A stretch of DNA of 64,000 bases from Bacilli bacterium (GTDB lineage Bacteria > Bacillota_I > Bacilli_A > RFN20 > CAG-826), in contig JAZQOV010000001.1 in NCBI GenBank assembly GCA_045628045.1, positions 1-64,000 on the forward strand, read 5' to 3'. The position numbers and the translations under genes are program-made. Position 1 is the first letter of the stretch. Each line of letters starts with the position of its first letter. Below are positions 18,752-32,951 of the stretch, one piece after another. The notes below the pieces were generated by a model, which saw only the letters and a program-made list of their open reading frames with translations, was not told the origin of the DNA and searched no databases.

Positions 18752-20208
18752 TATTTTCTACCTCCTTTTGCTACGATATTTGCAAGTCCGGTGACTTTTT
18801 CAAGTTCATTAGCAGCTTTTAAAAGTTCGCATTCTTCAAATGCTCTTCCCATGAGGTTTGCACCAAATGGCATATTATCTTTAAATCCAATTGGAAGAGT
18901 AATTGATGGAAGACCAGCAAAGTTGCCCATACAAAGATGATTATCAGCAATTAAATATTCATCAGAAAGTCTATCGCTTGATTCATCTTTCTTAGGAGCA
19001 ATGCCTGGAGCTGCTGGAAGATAAATAAAATCGTTATCTTTTAAGATATTGTTAATCAAATCAACAACTCTTCTTCTATTCTTTTGAGCACGATTAAATA
19101 ATTCTTCCTTATTTTCTTTCATCAAAGCATAGCTTCCAATGATAAATCTACGTTTAATAAGTTCACCAAAACCTTTAGTTCTAGCTTCTTTCATAACTTC
19201 TTCAAAAGTTGCCCCATTAGAAAGTGGACCAAACTTAATTCCATCCAAATTTGCGTTATTTGATGTGGCTTCTGCACAGGAAATAACAAAATATGTAGGG
19301 AATAATGAAGTTAAAACTTCAACAGGCATAGAAACTGTGTTAATTTCAAAACCATTTGCTTTAAGTTTATTTAAAGTATTTTCAAATGCATCTAAAACAT
19401 ATTTTTCTTTAATAGAGTCTACAATCTCTTTAATAACTGCAATTTTCTTGCTCTTAAGAGGTTTTTCAATTTCTTGGAAATAATGTTCAACAGGTTTTGT
19501 GGATGAAGTTGAATCTTTTTCATCTCTTCCTGATAAAACTTCTGTAACAATAGCAACGTCTTTGACGTTACGAGCAAAAATACCAACTGTATCCATTGAA
19601 GGACAGAATGGGAATAAACCAAATCTAGAAATTCTAGACCATGTTGGTTTAAAACCAACAAGTCCTGCATAAGAAGCTGGTTTTCTTGTGGAGTCGCCTG
19701 TGTCGGATGCAAGTGCGAATGGCACAATTCCTGCGGCTGTTACGGCTGCAGATCCACATGAGGAACCACCCACTAACCTTGTGTGTGTTTCGTCGTATGG
19801 GTTAAATGTCATTCCTAAGTGTCCGCTTGTACCTGTACCGCCCATTGCGAGTTCATCAAGTGTTGTTTTTCCTATTGGAACTGCTTTTGCATTTTTAAGT
19901 TTTTCAACAATTGTTGCATCAAAAACCGGAACATAACCATTCAAAATATTTGAGCTTCCTGTTGTAGGAACATCTTTTGTGGACATGTTGTCTTTAATGA
20001 CAAAAGGAATACCCCATAATGGGTTATTTTCTTCTGGTTCAGTTAATTTTGAGGCAATTTCCAAAGCCTCTTTTTCCATGATATATTCAAATGCATTGTT
20101 TGCATCTTTCTTAGAAAGCTCAATTGCATCTTTTGCTAAATCTAATGGAGTTACCTTCTTAGATAGAAGCAATTCATGAAGTTCTAATATCGTCTTTCCT
20201 TCGTACAT
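18751..20208 (-). CDS. gatA: Asp/Glu-tRNA amidotransferase subunit A
   Basis: Amidase signature IKDN...GGSSCGSAA...SDTGDSTRKPA and NLDGIKFG. Start placed at MYEGK (20208). Confidence 0.93.
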   Translation of the reverse strand: MYEGKTILELHELLLSKKVTPLDLAKDAIELSKKDANNAFEYIMEKEALEIASKLTEPEENNPLWGIPFVIKDNMSTKDVPTTGSSNILNGYVPVFDATIVEKLKNAKAVPIGKTTLDELAMGGTGTSGHLGMTFNPYDETHTRLVGGSSCGSAAVTAAGIVPFALASDTGDSTRKPASYAGLVGFKPTWSRISRFGLFPFCPSMDTVGIFARNVKDVAIVTEVLSGRDEKDSTSSTKPVEHYFQEIEKPLKSKKIAVIKEIVDSIKEKYVLDAFENTLNKLKANGFEINTVSMPVEVLTSLFPTYFVISCAEATSNNANLDGIKFGPLSNGATFEEVMKEARTKGFGELIKRRFIIGSYALMKENKEELFNRAQKNRRRVVDLINNILKDNDFIYLPAAPGIAPKKDESSDRLSDEYLIADNHLCMGNFAGLPSITLPIGFKDNMPFGANLMGRAFEECELLKAANELEKVTGLANIVAKGGRK

Positions 20209-20209
20209 A

Positions 20210-20506
20210 TTATTGCACCACCTTTGGTAACTTGATTTGGCCTCCAACTTTACGCTTGGAGTTTCTTAAAGCATCTTCTCTTTCAAGAGGAGTGCCTGGT
20301 TTATCTTCCCTAAGGAATGAAGTTGTACATTCAAAAGGAAAAGTCATTGGCTCATATTTATCAATGTCCTTATTTGAGCCAATAATGTCCATTTGTTTAG
20401 TGACAATATCAAACTCTTTTAGCAAAGTTTCATATTCACTATCGGACATATCAAACAGCAATCTATTTGCTGCGTCTTTTAATACATTAATGTTGTAATC
20501 TTTCAT
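20210..20506 (-). CDS. gatC: Asp/Glu-tRNA amidotransferase subunit C
   Basis: Size, position before gatA, LRED and LPKVV motifs. Confidence 0.88.
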   Translation of the reverse strand: MKDYNINVLKDAANRLLFDMSDSEYETLLKEFDIVTKQMDIIGSNKDIDKYEPMTFPFECTTSFLREDKPGTPLEREDALRNSKRKVGGQIKLPKVVQ

Positions 20507-20523
20507 AACGGTTTTATATGATA

Positions 20524-24740
<4,217 letters not shown>

Positions 24741-24809
24741 ATAATTAACTAACTTATTACTATGTAATATTTTACTACAATTATAGTAATTACTCAAGTA
24801 AATTAAGTA

Positions 24810-25262
24810 TTAGTTTAGAAGTTGTTTGATAGCAATTTGACCAGCAACGTTTTTTGTAACAATATGATGTTCAATTTTAAGCATTGATGGATAGCCTAAA
24901 ATAGCAATATCCTCGGTTTTTCCCGCACCAATTGTGTAAAGAACATCATCTTCTAGTGGCACTTTGTTTGAAGCTTTAACAAAATAAATGTCGTTCCTTT
25001 CAATAGCTTTCTCAATCATAAAATCTTTTAACTCTTGGCAGTGATTGCAATTAATTGAATAGAAGTAGACAAAATAGCAATCAAGATTTGGAGTAAAGAT
25101 TTCATTGAACTCAATTTCAAATTCTTTAACTTCAGAATAATCATGACTAACTGGGACATCTTCAATTGTGTAGTGAACGTCTTCTTTTTCTTCAGTTTTT
25201 AGATCGCAACCAGCGCTAAATAAAATAGGAACAGTAATAAATAATTTAAGTATCTTTTTCAT
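24810..25262 (-). CDS. thioredoxin-fold lipoprotein (CxxC)
   Basis: SAG-C lipobox, VYFYSINCNHCQ and GYPS cis-Pro-like motif; GGAGGG SD before 25262. Confidence 0.7.
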   Translation of the reverse strand: MKKILKLFITVPILFSAGCDLKTEEKEDVHYTIEDVPVSHDYSEVKEFEIEFNEIFTPNLDCYFVYFYSINCNHCQELKDFMIEKAIERNDIYFVKASNKVPLEDDVLYTIGAGKTEDIAILGYPSMLKIEHHIVTKNVAGQIAIKQLLN

Positions 25263-25333
25263 AACACCCTCCACTAACTAGATACGGTAAAAAAATGGTT
25301 TTATGTTAATGAAGTTTGTATATAATATATTTA

Positions 25334-26233
25334 ATGGAAGTTTTTAATAATAAAAAATCAACATTAATAAGGACTATATGTTTTATGGCTTTTTTTGTAG
25401 CCATCAATGTAATCTGTTCTTTATTGTCTCTTTATGTTCCGCTATTTTCTATTATCTTAATTATCTTTCTACCACTAACCAGCGCGGTTGTTGAAATCAA
25501 TTGTAAAGACCGCTGGTTTCCTATCTATGCATTAGCCACAATCGGGCTATCAATTGTTGTAACTTTATCACAAATAGATTTCACCATTTTTTATATTGTT
25601 CCATCAATCTTTACTGGCTACATTTTCGGGCTTGTTTCGAAGAAGAAATTGCCTGACATGTTTGCAATATTTTTGGCCACTGCAATTCAATCAATTTTAT
25701 CATTTGTTTCTATCCAAATAATTGATGCAATTGGAAATACTGATTTGCTCGATTTTATCGCAAAAATATTAAGGATTTCCAGTAGATTTTGGTTTAATAC
25801 ACTATTTGTTTTGGGTCTATTTTTGGTGTCTTTAATTCAAGTAATTTTATCATTCATTGTAGTCGATAATGAGCTTAGAAAATTGAAACTAAAAGAAGAT
25901 GATAAAAATGATTATTCGATGATTTCTAATCTTGGTTCGATTTTGTTCCTAATCGTCGCAATTGGTTTTGCATTTTTCTCATTGAAATTCGCCCTTCTTT
26001 TTGAGGCGTTTTCATTTTACTTTGCTGTGTTCAGTGTCATCTTCCATTTCAAAAAGAATGAGAAGATTTTAATTATTTTTGATGCTGTATCAATACTTGT
26101 CACAATTTTTGTTTATGCATTTATGTATAAACTCTTTAAAAACGGAGCTGATCTAATGCTCTTTTTAACAATTCCATTTATTATTTCAATCGCATCTATT
26201 TTGCATTACTTCTTGAAGAAGTCGAAACAATAG
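25334..26233 (+). CDS. multi-pass membrane protein, probable DUF2232/YybS-like
   Basis: About 9 hydrophobic segments; the N-terminal pattern (AINVICSLLSLYVPLFSIILIIFLPL...GYIFG) resembles YybS. Confidence 0.5.
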   Translation: MEVFNNKKSTLIRTICFMAFFVAINVICSLLSLYVPLFSIILIIFLPLTSAVVEINCKDRWFPIYALATIGLSIVVTLSQIDFTIFYIVPSIFTGYIFGLVSKKKLPDMFAIFLATAIQSILSFVSIQIIDAIGNTDLLDFIAKILRISSRFWFNTLFVLGLFLVSLIQVILSFIVVDNELRKLKLKEDDKNDYSMISNLGSILFLIVAIGFAFFSLKFALLFEAFSFYFAVFSVIFHFKKNEKILIIFDAVSILVTIFVYAFMYKLFKNGADLMLFLTIPFIISIASILHYFLKKSKQ

Positions 26234-26246
26234 ATAAAATATAAAT

Positions 26247-26735
26247 ATGGCAAAGTTACTAAAAATGTTCGGAAAAGGCGTACTTATTACAGTATTGCTT
26301 CCTTTCATTTTAGTCGTTTGGTGTTTATATAGCGTTTATTGTCTCTCAACTTTTATCGTAATGTTTTTCATTAACGTATTTGAATTCTTTAGAGGCAAAA
26401 ACAGCAATAATGACCTTATTGAAGATCTTGAGGCTCGCAAAATAGTGCTCGAAAAAGAAAAAGCCGATGATCAAACTAGACAAATGGTTAACGTGCTTTA
26501 TCAAAATGCATTAGCACAAGCTGCTATTAACCAGCAACAAGCTCCTCAAGCACCTGTAACACCAGTTCAACCATATGGAATTGATAATCTATCAAAACCA
26601 ATGCCAGAACCACAAAATAATCAAGAAATTGAACAATCATCTAATTTAGATGAAACAATAGAACCGTCTAATCAAAATGACGTAAATAATGGAGAAAATA
26701 GCGATGAATATTCTGATGATGCAGAAAATGTCTGA
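26247..26735 (+). CDS. hypothetical membrane-anchored protein with a Gln/Pro/Asn-rich acidic tail
   Basis: Hydrophobic N-terminus and low-complexity C-terminus. Confidence 0.7.
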   Translation: MAKLLKMFGKGVLITVLLPFILVVWCLYSVYCLSTFIVMFFINVFEFFRGKNSNNDLIEDLEARKIVLEKEKADDQTRQMVNVLYQNALAQAAINQQQAPQAPVTPVQPYGIDNLSKPMPEPQNNQEIEQSSNLDETIEPSNQNDVNNGENSDEYSDDAENV

Positions 26736-27345
26736 GAATACTAAGAGAATATTAGTAATATTGCTCCTGGTTTTCATCATTATTTTCGTCTTGGTTGGAG
26801 CTATTGCAACTGCAATTCAAAGCGGCATGAAAAAGCAAGGCCTTAAGGCTGATGAAATGATGGCAAATGTCACAAAAGCAGAATATTTTAAGAAAGAATC
26901 AAAGTTTATTAACTTTGGAATCAGAAAAAATATTCGCACCTTCTACGTAAGAGCAAGAATTCCGTTTATGCTCATTTTAGGTGCCGGAATTGCATACGTT
27001 TTATACTGTTTATTTGGTGGAGCTCCTTGGGGTTACAATCCATTCAATAATGTCGATGGTTTCGCAACAATTTTAATCAAATTCGGCCCTGCTCCTAAAG
27101 AAAAATTCTTCGGAATTAACCTTATTTCTGATTGGCCACCAATTATTAAACCTGAACCAACAATTAAAGCACTTTTCTCATACATTTTTGTTCCAGTAAC
27201 TATTGCTGGTTACCTTTGGATTTTAATTGAAACCCTTGGTTATATTGCTCGTTCTTTTAGAATTCGTAAAATTGCCAAATCAATTTATAGAAAAAAGTTG
27301 GTGCCTGAAGAGCAACCAACTTCTAATCCAGTTGAAAATAAATAA
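26728..27345 (+). CDS. hypothetical membrane protein (3 TM)
   Basis: Start placed at MSENTKR, overlapping the previous stop by 8 nt; three hydrophobic stretches. Confidence 0.7.
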   Translation: MSENTKRILVILLLVFIIIFVLVGAIATAIQSGMKKQGLKADEMMANVTKAEYFKKESKFINFGIRKNIRTFYVRARIPFMLILGAGIAYVLYCLFGGAPWGYNPFNNVDGFATILIKFGPAPKEKFFGINLISDWPPIIKPEPTIKALFSYIFVPVTIAGYLWILIETLGYIARSFRIRKIAKSIYRKKLVPEEQPTSNPVENK

Positions 27346-27346
27346 G

Positions 27347-27511
27347 CTATTTTATCATTATGATAATTTCATAAATTAGCATAGCTAATAAAATGGCTGC
27401 AAACACACACAATAAACCAAAAATACGGTTAAGTGAATGTTGCTTGCGTTGAGCTTCGATAGCTGCAGGAGTTAATTCCTGTAGCTCTTTTTCTTTTCTT
27501 TCGTTAAACAT
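27347..27511 (-). CDS. small single-TM protein, 54 aa (below the ORF-track cutoff)
   Basis: ATG 2 nt after the asnS stop; MFNERKEKELQELTPAAIEAQRKQHSLNRIFGLLCVFAAILLAMLIYEIIIMIK* fills the gap exactly. Confidence 0.6.
   Translation of the reverse strand: MFNERKEKELQELTPAAIEAQRKQHSLNRIFGLLCVFAAILLAMLIYEIIIMIK
27461..27501 (+). terminator. plus-strand intrinsic terminator inside the antisense small ORF
   Basis: AGCTGCAGGAG-TTAA-TTCCTGTAGCT followed by CTTTTTCTTTTCTTT; the G-U pairs form only on the + strand. Confidence 0.55.
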
Positions 27512-27513
27512 AA

Positions 27514-28920
27514 TTAATATTTGATTGGGTCACTTGTTCTTGGGAATGGTTGAACATCCCTGATGTTTTGCATTCCTGTAACATACATAAGAAGACGATC
27601 AAAACCAATTCCGAATCCAGAATGTGGGCAGCCGCCATATTTACGTGTGTCAAGGTACCATTCAAGTCCTTTTGTAATTCCGAGCTCATCCATACGAGCT
27701 TTAAGCTTGTCATAACGTTCTTCACGTTGTGAACCACCAACAAGTTCACCAACATATGGAACAAGTAAGTCACATGCTGCAACAGTTTTTCCGTCATCAT
27801 TTTGTCTCATATAGAAAGCTTTCATTTCTTTTGGATAATCAGTAACGAAAACTGGTCCTTTAACGACTTGTTCAGTAATGTAACGTTCATGTTCTGATTG
27901 CATATCCATGCCCCAGAAAATCTTCATATTGTCAAATTTATGGCCGTTTTTTACAGCTTTTTCAAGTTCGGCAATAGCTTCTGTATAAGTCATACGTTTA
28001 AAGTCACTATGTAAGACTTGGAGTAGACGATCCTTTAAGGATTTATCGATAAATGAGTTAAAGAAATCCATTTCGTCTGGGTATCTATGAAGTGCAACAT
28101 CAATACAATGTTTTAAGCATGCTTCGATGCAATTCATATCATCATTTAAATCAGCAAATGCCATTTCTGGTTCAATCATCCAGAATTCACTTGCGTGACG
28201 TGTTGTATTTGAATGTTCTGCTCTAAATGTAGGACCAAATGTATAAACATCACGGAATGCTAAGGCAAATGGTTCAACATGTAATTGACCTGAAACAGTT
28301 AATGAAACATCCTTGCCAAAGAATTCAGTTCTTGAATTTTTCTTGCCGGTAACAATACCAAAGGTATTTCCTGCGCCTTCACAATCGTTTCCAGTAAAAA
28401 GTGGTGTATGAACATACATAAATCCTTCGTTTTGGAAGAATTCATGAATTGCCATAGACATAGCATTTCTCATTCTGAAAACAGCGTTAAATGTATTTGC
28501 TCTTGGTCTTAAGTGAGCGATTTCTCTTAAGAATTCCATTGAATGAGCTTTCTTTTGAAGTGGATAATCTGCATCAACAGTTCCTGTTATTTCAAATTCT
28601 TTAACTTGAATTTCGAAAGGTTGTTTTGCACCTGGAGTTAAAACTAATTCTCCAATGACTGATAAAGCTGCACCAGTATTAACGTGGCTTATAGTAGCAT
28701 AATCTTTAACAACTTTTGCATCGTAAACGAGTTGAATATTTTTAAAACAACTTCCGTCATTTAATGCGATAAAACCAACTGAACCGTTATCACGGTTAGT
28801 TCTTACCCATCCTTGAACATAGACATCCTTTATCTCATCAAGGATTTTCTTCATTTCTTTGTCGTCTTGTTCAGCGACAAGGGTGTATAAATCGGTTACT
28901 AATACACTTTTTGGTTCCAT
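27514..28920 (-). CDS. asnS: asparagine--tRNA ligase
   Basis: GWVRTNR, YPLQKK, HLRPR, LTVSGQL, FGPTFRAE, EFWMIEPE, GGSQREER and PHSGFGIG motifs. Confidence 0.97.
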   Translation of the reverse strand: MEPKSVLVTDLYTLVAEQDDKEMKKILDEIKDVYVQGWVRTNRDNGSVGFIALNDGSCFKNIQLVYDAKVVKDYATISHVNTGAALSVIGELVLTPGAKQPFEIQVKEFEITGTVDADYPLQKKAHSMEFLREIAHLRPRANTFNAVFRMRNAMSMAIHEFFQNEGFMYVHTPLFTGNDCEGAGNTFGIVTGKKNSRTEFFGKDVSLTVSGQLHVEPFALAFRDVYTFGPTFRAEHSNTTRHASEFWMIEPEMAFADLNDDMNCIEACLKHCIDVALHRYPDEMDFFNSFIDKSLKDRLLQVLHSDFKRMTYTEAIAELEKAVKNGHKFDNMKIFWGMDMQSEHERYITEQVVKGPVFVTDYPKEMKAFYMRQNDDGKTVAACDLLVPYVGELVGGSQREERYDKLKARMDELGITKGLEWYLDTRKYGGCPHSGFGIGFDRLLMYVTGMQNIRDVQPFPRTSDPIKY

Positions 28921-28971
28921 TTTCTTAACCTCCGATATATGAATACATTATATCAAACAACTTGTTGTTCG

Positions 28972-29982
28972 CTAGAATGTTTTATATTTATCAATGCGCC
29001 AGTTAGGGTCGCATGACACGCTTGGATCGCATGTAACACCCATTTTCCAAAGGTGTTCAGCAAGTCTTACAATCATGGCCGCATTGTCTGTTGTGCACCA
29101 AATTGGTGGAACAATTAAATCGATATCTGTGCCATCTAATCTTTGATGCATTTGTTCTCTTAAGTAAGAGTTTGCGCTAACGCCACCAGCAAGAACAACT
29201 TGTTTAATGTCATAACGCTTAATTGCTTTTTCTAATCGATCCATTACCATTCCGACAGCGGTGTCTTGGAATGATTTACATAAATCAGGCACTCTAATTT
29301 CATTACCGCGAGCTTTTTCGTTATTAACTAGGTTAATTACAGCGGTTTTTAAACCTGAATATGAGAAATTTAGAGAATTATCGTGAAGTGGCATTGGTAA
29401 ATCGTAAGTGTGTTTACCTTCCTTTGATAATTTATCAATAGGAATTCCGCCCGGATAAGGAAGACCTACGGTTCTTGCTACTTTATCAAAACATTCTCCG
29501 ATAGCGTCATCCTTGGTTTCACCAATAATTTCAAAATCCATATCTTTTTTCATGTAAACAAACTCTGTATTACCACCTGAAACAACAATTGATAAAGCAG
29601 GGAATGTTAATGGTTTTACGTATTCATTAGCGTAAATATGTGCCGCTAAATGGTGAACTGGAATAAGTGGTTTATCATATAAAACTGCTAAAGTTTTGGC
29701 GACTTGCATTCCAATATGAAGCGCACCAATTAAACCTGGACCACGTGTGAATGCAAAAGCATCAACTTGGTCCAAAGTAATATTTGCTTTTGTTAATGCT
29801 TCATCAAGAACAAATAATGCGTTTTCGCAATGAAGTCTTGATGCAAGTTCAGGCATAACTCCGCCGAACTTTTGATGCATTTCAATTTGAGTTGCAACGA
29901 CATTGCTCAAAAGTTCGCCATCCTTGATGATAGCGATAGATGTTTCATCACAGCTTGATTCAATACCTAGAATAATTGCCAT
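28972..29982 (-). CDS. tsaD: tRNA t6A37 threonylcarbamoyltransferase
   Basis: ILGIESSCDET, GGVMPELASRLH, HHLAAH, DDAIGECFDK and TDNAAMI motifs. Confidence 0.97.
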   Translation of the reverse strand: MAIILGIESSCDETSIAIIKDGELLSNVVATQIEMHQKFGGVMPELASRLHCENALFVLDEALTKANITLDQVDAFAFTRGPGLIGALHIGMQVAKTLAVLYDKPLIPVHHLAAHIYANEYVKPLTFPALSIVVSGGNTEFVYMKKDMDFEIIGETKDDAIGECFDKVARTVGLPYPGGIPIDKLSKEGKHTYDLPMPLHDNSLNFSYSGLKTAVINLVNNEKARGNEIRVPDLCKSFQDTAVGMVMDRLEKAIKRYDIKQVVLAGGVSANSYLREQMHQRLDGTDIDLIVPPIWCTTDNAAMIVRLAEHLWKMGVTCDPSVSCDPNWRIDKYKTF

Positions 29983-29984
29983 TT

Positions 29985-30431
29985 TTATAACCTCTTAAGC
30001 ATGTAGATTGCATTTTCTCCATCTTTGTAATAATTCTTTTTTGTCACAACAACTTCATACCCATTTTTTAAGTACAAATTCTTTGCGGCAACGTTACTCT
30101 CTCTAACTTCAAGAGTTACGTTTTCGACTAAATCGTCAACTTCTTTAGGAAATGATTCGATCATTTCGTTAAGTAACTTTGTTGCAATGCCTTGACCTCT
30201 AAATTTTGAGGTTACAGCTACTTGCATAATTGTTGCGGAATTGAATGTTATTAGAAAATCAATAAATCCAATAACTTTACCATCATTTTCTGCAACAATA
30301 ATTTTATTTACAGGGTTTTTTTCGAACTCATAATGTAAATCGCTATTTGAATAAGGTTCTTTGAAACACTCATTCTCAATTTCTTCTACATCATTAAAAT
30401 CGTTTAATGTTGCGAGACGATATTTGATCAT
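29985..30431 (-). CDS. rimI: ribosomal protein S18 alanine N-acetyltransferase (GNAT)
   Basis: RGQGIA, LEVRESN and YY..GENAIYM motifs; lies between tsaB and tsaD. Confidence 0.88.
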   Translation of the reverse strand: MIKYRLATLNDFNDVEEIENECFKEPYSNSDLHYEFEKNPVNKIIVAENDGKVIGFIDFLITFNSATIMQVAVTSKFRGQGIATKLLNEMIESFPKEVDDLVENVTLEVRESNVAAKNLYLKNGYEVVVTKKNYYKDGENAIYMLKRL

Positions 30432-31015
30432 TTTAATAAATCCTTGAGATAGACTGGATTCAATCTAAATGGATCAACAGCCTCTTTTTCATTAAAGTCC
30501 AGTAAGTTATCAATTACATCATATTGTCCAGACTCTAATCCAATTTGATAAGTGTCTCCGTTAACAATGTAATCTTTATGTTTACTTATGTAATCGAGAA
30601 CTTTTTCATTCTCTAAAACAACATCTTTTTCAAGAACTTCTCTTCCCTTGTAAACACCAAAATAACTTCTTCCACTACGTGCATTAAATAAACAAATAGT
30701 TGGTTTTTCTGGGTCTTTTAATAAAGAAAGTGAAGATTTTCCATAAAGTTTTATCTTTAAGGCATACGCTATTGTCTTTGCGATTGTGACTCCAATTCTA
30801 ACGCCTGTGTATGAACCTGGGCCTACGCCTACAACAACTGCATCAAGATCTTTTTTATCAACATTGTTCCTTTTTAGAATATTGTCGATTTCAGTAATCA
30901 TCATTTCGCTTTGTCTTTGCCAAGCTTCATATGAAATCTTATCAACAATCTTTTTATCTTTTGCAAGACCAACAGATAAATATGTGTTTGAACTATCGAG
31001 TAATAATTGATACAT
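30428..31015 (-). CDS. tsaB: tRNA t6A biosynthesis protein TsaB
   Basis: LLDSSN and GPGSYTGVRIG motifs. Confidence 0.93.
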   Translation of the reverse strand: MYQLLLDSSNTYLSVGLAKDKKIVDKISYEAWQRQSEMMITEIDNILKRNNVDKKDLDAVVVGVGPGSYTGVRIGVTIAKTIAYALKIKLYGKSSLSLLKDPEKPTICLFNARSGRSYFGVYKGREVLEKDVVLENEKVLDYISKHKDYIVNGDTYQIGLESGQYDVIDNLLDFNEKEAVDPFRLNPVYLKDLLK

Positions 31016-31477
31016 CTACTTTTCCTCGAGAGCCTCTATAAGAGACTTATAATTTTCATTTGGATCGCTAACTTCTATTTCACGTTCATTATCGCCTATT
31101 CTTTTAATTGAAATTTCAAGATGTTTAGCAGGAATAAGTGGTTCAATGAACTTTGGCCATTCAATGAATGTAATGCCGTTTCCTTCAATAAATTCATCTA
31201 ATCCAATATCAATGTTTTGATTCTCTAAACGATAAGCATCAATATGGAAAACATTAGGTTTTACTTCAAAATAACATTTTAAAATGTTAAATGTTGGAGA
31301 AATAACGTGTTCTTTATAACCAAGTGATGCAAGCGCGCCTCCAACAAAAGTTGTTTTTCCTGCGCCTAAATCACCTGTAAGAAGAACAACATCTCCAGGT
31401 TTAAGAAAACTAATAATTTTAGCTGCTAATGACTGAGTCTGATTAGCATCTTTTGAAATAAAATTGTATTTCAACAT
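31016..31477 (-). CDS. tsaE: tRNA t6A biosynthesis ATPase TsaE
   Basis: GDLGAGKTT, SPTF, HIDAYRL and IEWP motifs. Confidence 0.95.
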   Translation of the reverse strand: MLKYNFISKDANQTQSLAAKIISFLKPGDVVLLTGDLGAGKTTFVGGALASLGYKEHVISPTFNILKCYFEVKPNVFHIDAYRLENQNIDIGLDEFIEGNGITFIEWPKFIEPLIPAKHLEISIKRIGDNEREIEVSDPNENYKSLIEALEEK

Positions 31478-31531
31478 ACCACGACCCTGATATATTATAG
31501 CAAAATGAAAAAATTATTATATAATTATTTC

Positions 31532-32428
31532 GTGGAAAAGATTTATAAAGTCATTATTATTGGCGCTGGCCCAATCGGTCTTTACTTTGCTGGTAAGTGT
31601 GAAGAAGCGGGTCTTGATTTTTTAGTTGTTGAGGCCTCTGACAAAATCGGTGGTCAATTAACAAGACTTTATCCCGAAAAAGAAATTGTTGATATTCCAG
31701 GAATTAAGTCAATCAAAGCAAAAGATTACATTAAACTTCTAGAATCAAAAATTAATCTCGAAAAAATCATTTTAAATACAAATATTTGCGAAATAAAAAA
31801 TAGCGATAAAATCGAAATATCTACGGGAAAAACCCATTATTTTTGCGAAAAACTAGTTATTTCAACCGGCCTTGGAATGTCAGTTCCTAGACCACTTGGA
31901 ATTGAAAGAGAAAATGACTGCAATAATATCATTTATTCAATTCATGATTACGAATTTTTACGTGGCAAACAAGTTGTTATTTTCGGTGGTGGAGACAGCG
32001 CATTAGACTGGTCAAAAACTTTATCAAACGTATGTGCTCGCGTTCATCTCGTACATAGAAGAACAGAATTTAGAGGAAATCCAGACACAATTAAAGGATG
32101 TAAAAATTTAGATGTTCATTTGCCATTTGTTCCGCATAGTTTAAATGTAGAAAATGGTAAAGCAACATCCGTTTCTATAAGAAATGTTGCAAATGAGAAT
32201 GAAATTCTTGTCTTACCAACGGATTATATTTTCGTAAATTTCGGAAATGTCGCTTCTTTCCCTTTATACCCATTTAAAATGATCAATTCTTTCCTTGCTA
32301 CAGATGAAAATTTAGTTATAGAAAAGAATATTTTCGCAATCGGAGATGTTTCTCAACACGAAAATAAAACCAGACGCATTGCGCCTGGTAATTTGGAAGC
32401 TGATAAAGTTTTCAAACAAATTATTTAG
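31532..32428 (+). CDS. ferredoxin/flavodoxin--NADP(+) reductase-like (YumC-type) FAD oxidoreductase
   Basis: GAGPIG, GGQL..LYPEK.I.DIPG, GGGDSALDW and HRR motifs; no CxxC. The likely start is GTG at 31532. Confidence 0.85.
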   Translation: MEKIYKVIIIGAGPIGLYFAGKCEEAGLDFLVVEASDKIGGQLTRLYPEKEIVDIPGIKSIKAKDYIKLLESKINLEKIILNTNICEIKNSDKIEISTGKTHYFCEKLVISTGLGMSVPRPLGIERENDCNNIIYSIHDYEFLRGKQVVIFGGGDSALDWSKTLSNVCARVHLVHRRTEFRGNPDTIKGCKNLDVHLPFVPHSLNVENGKATSVSIRNVANENEILVLPTDYIFVNFGNVASFPLYPFKMINSFLATDENLVIEKNIFAIGDVSQHENKTRRIAPGNLEADKVFKQII

Positions 32429-32951
32429 AAGTTTGCTCTTCAAACTTTTTATAGTAAGCACGAATTTCCTCATCAATGAATGGAAATTCTTTTTTATTTA
32501 TCATTGAGTAGACTTTGTCTACTGATTTTTGAAGAACGTCTTTAATTTCTTCACTATAGCCTTGCTCTTCAGCGTGTTTTTTGTATTCATTAACGTCTAA
32601 TAGACGTGTTGTTCCATCTTCATAAAGTTTGATGTCTAAATCGTAATCAATGTACTTTACAAAACCTTTATCATAAATAGCTGGAGAAGCAATATTTACA
32701 TAGTAACAAATCCCTTTTTCTTTAAGCATTGCGATTACATTGAACCAATGTTTCTTAGAAAGAATGAAGATTGCTGGTTCTTTTGTGTGCCATTTTCTTC
32801 CATCGCTTTCAATGACAGCGGCCCTAATAGAAGCAAAGATAAAATAATCATCATTCTCTTCTATAGAATAGGAATGAGTCCACTCTCTATGAATTTCTTC
32901 GTTGTGCTTATAGGCTTGAATAATAACCCATCTTTTATCTAACGTTCTCAT
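32421..32951 (-). CDS. DUF402 / YgaC-type nucleoside tri/diphosphate phosphatase
   Basis: IQAYKHN..IHREW, WFNVI, YYVNIASP and YIDYDLDIK motifs. Confidence 0.88.
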   Translation of the reverse strand: MRTLDKRWVIIQAYKHNEEIHREWTHSYSIEENDDYFIFASIRAAVIESDGRKWHTKEPAIFILSKKHWFNVIAMLKEKGICYYVNIASPAIYDKGFVKYIDYDLDIKLYEDGTTRLLDVNEYKKHAEEQGYSEEIKDVLQKSVDKVYSMINKKEFPFIDEEIRAYYKKFEEQTSK

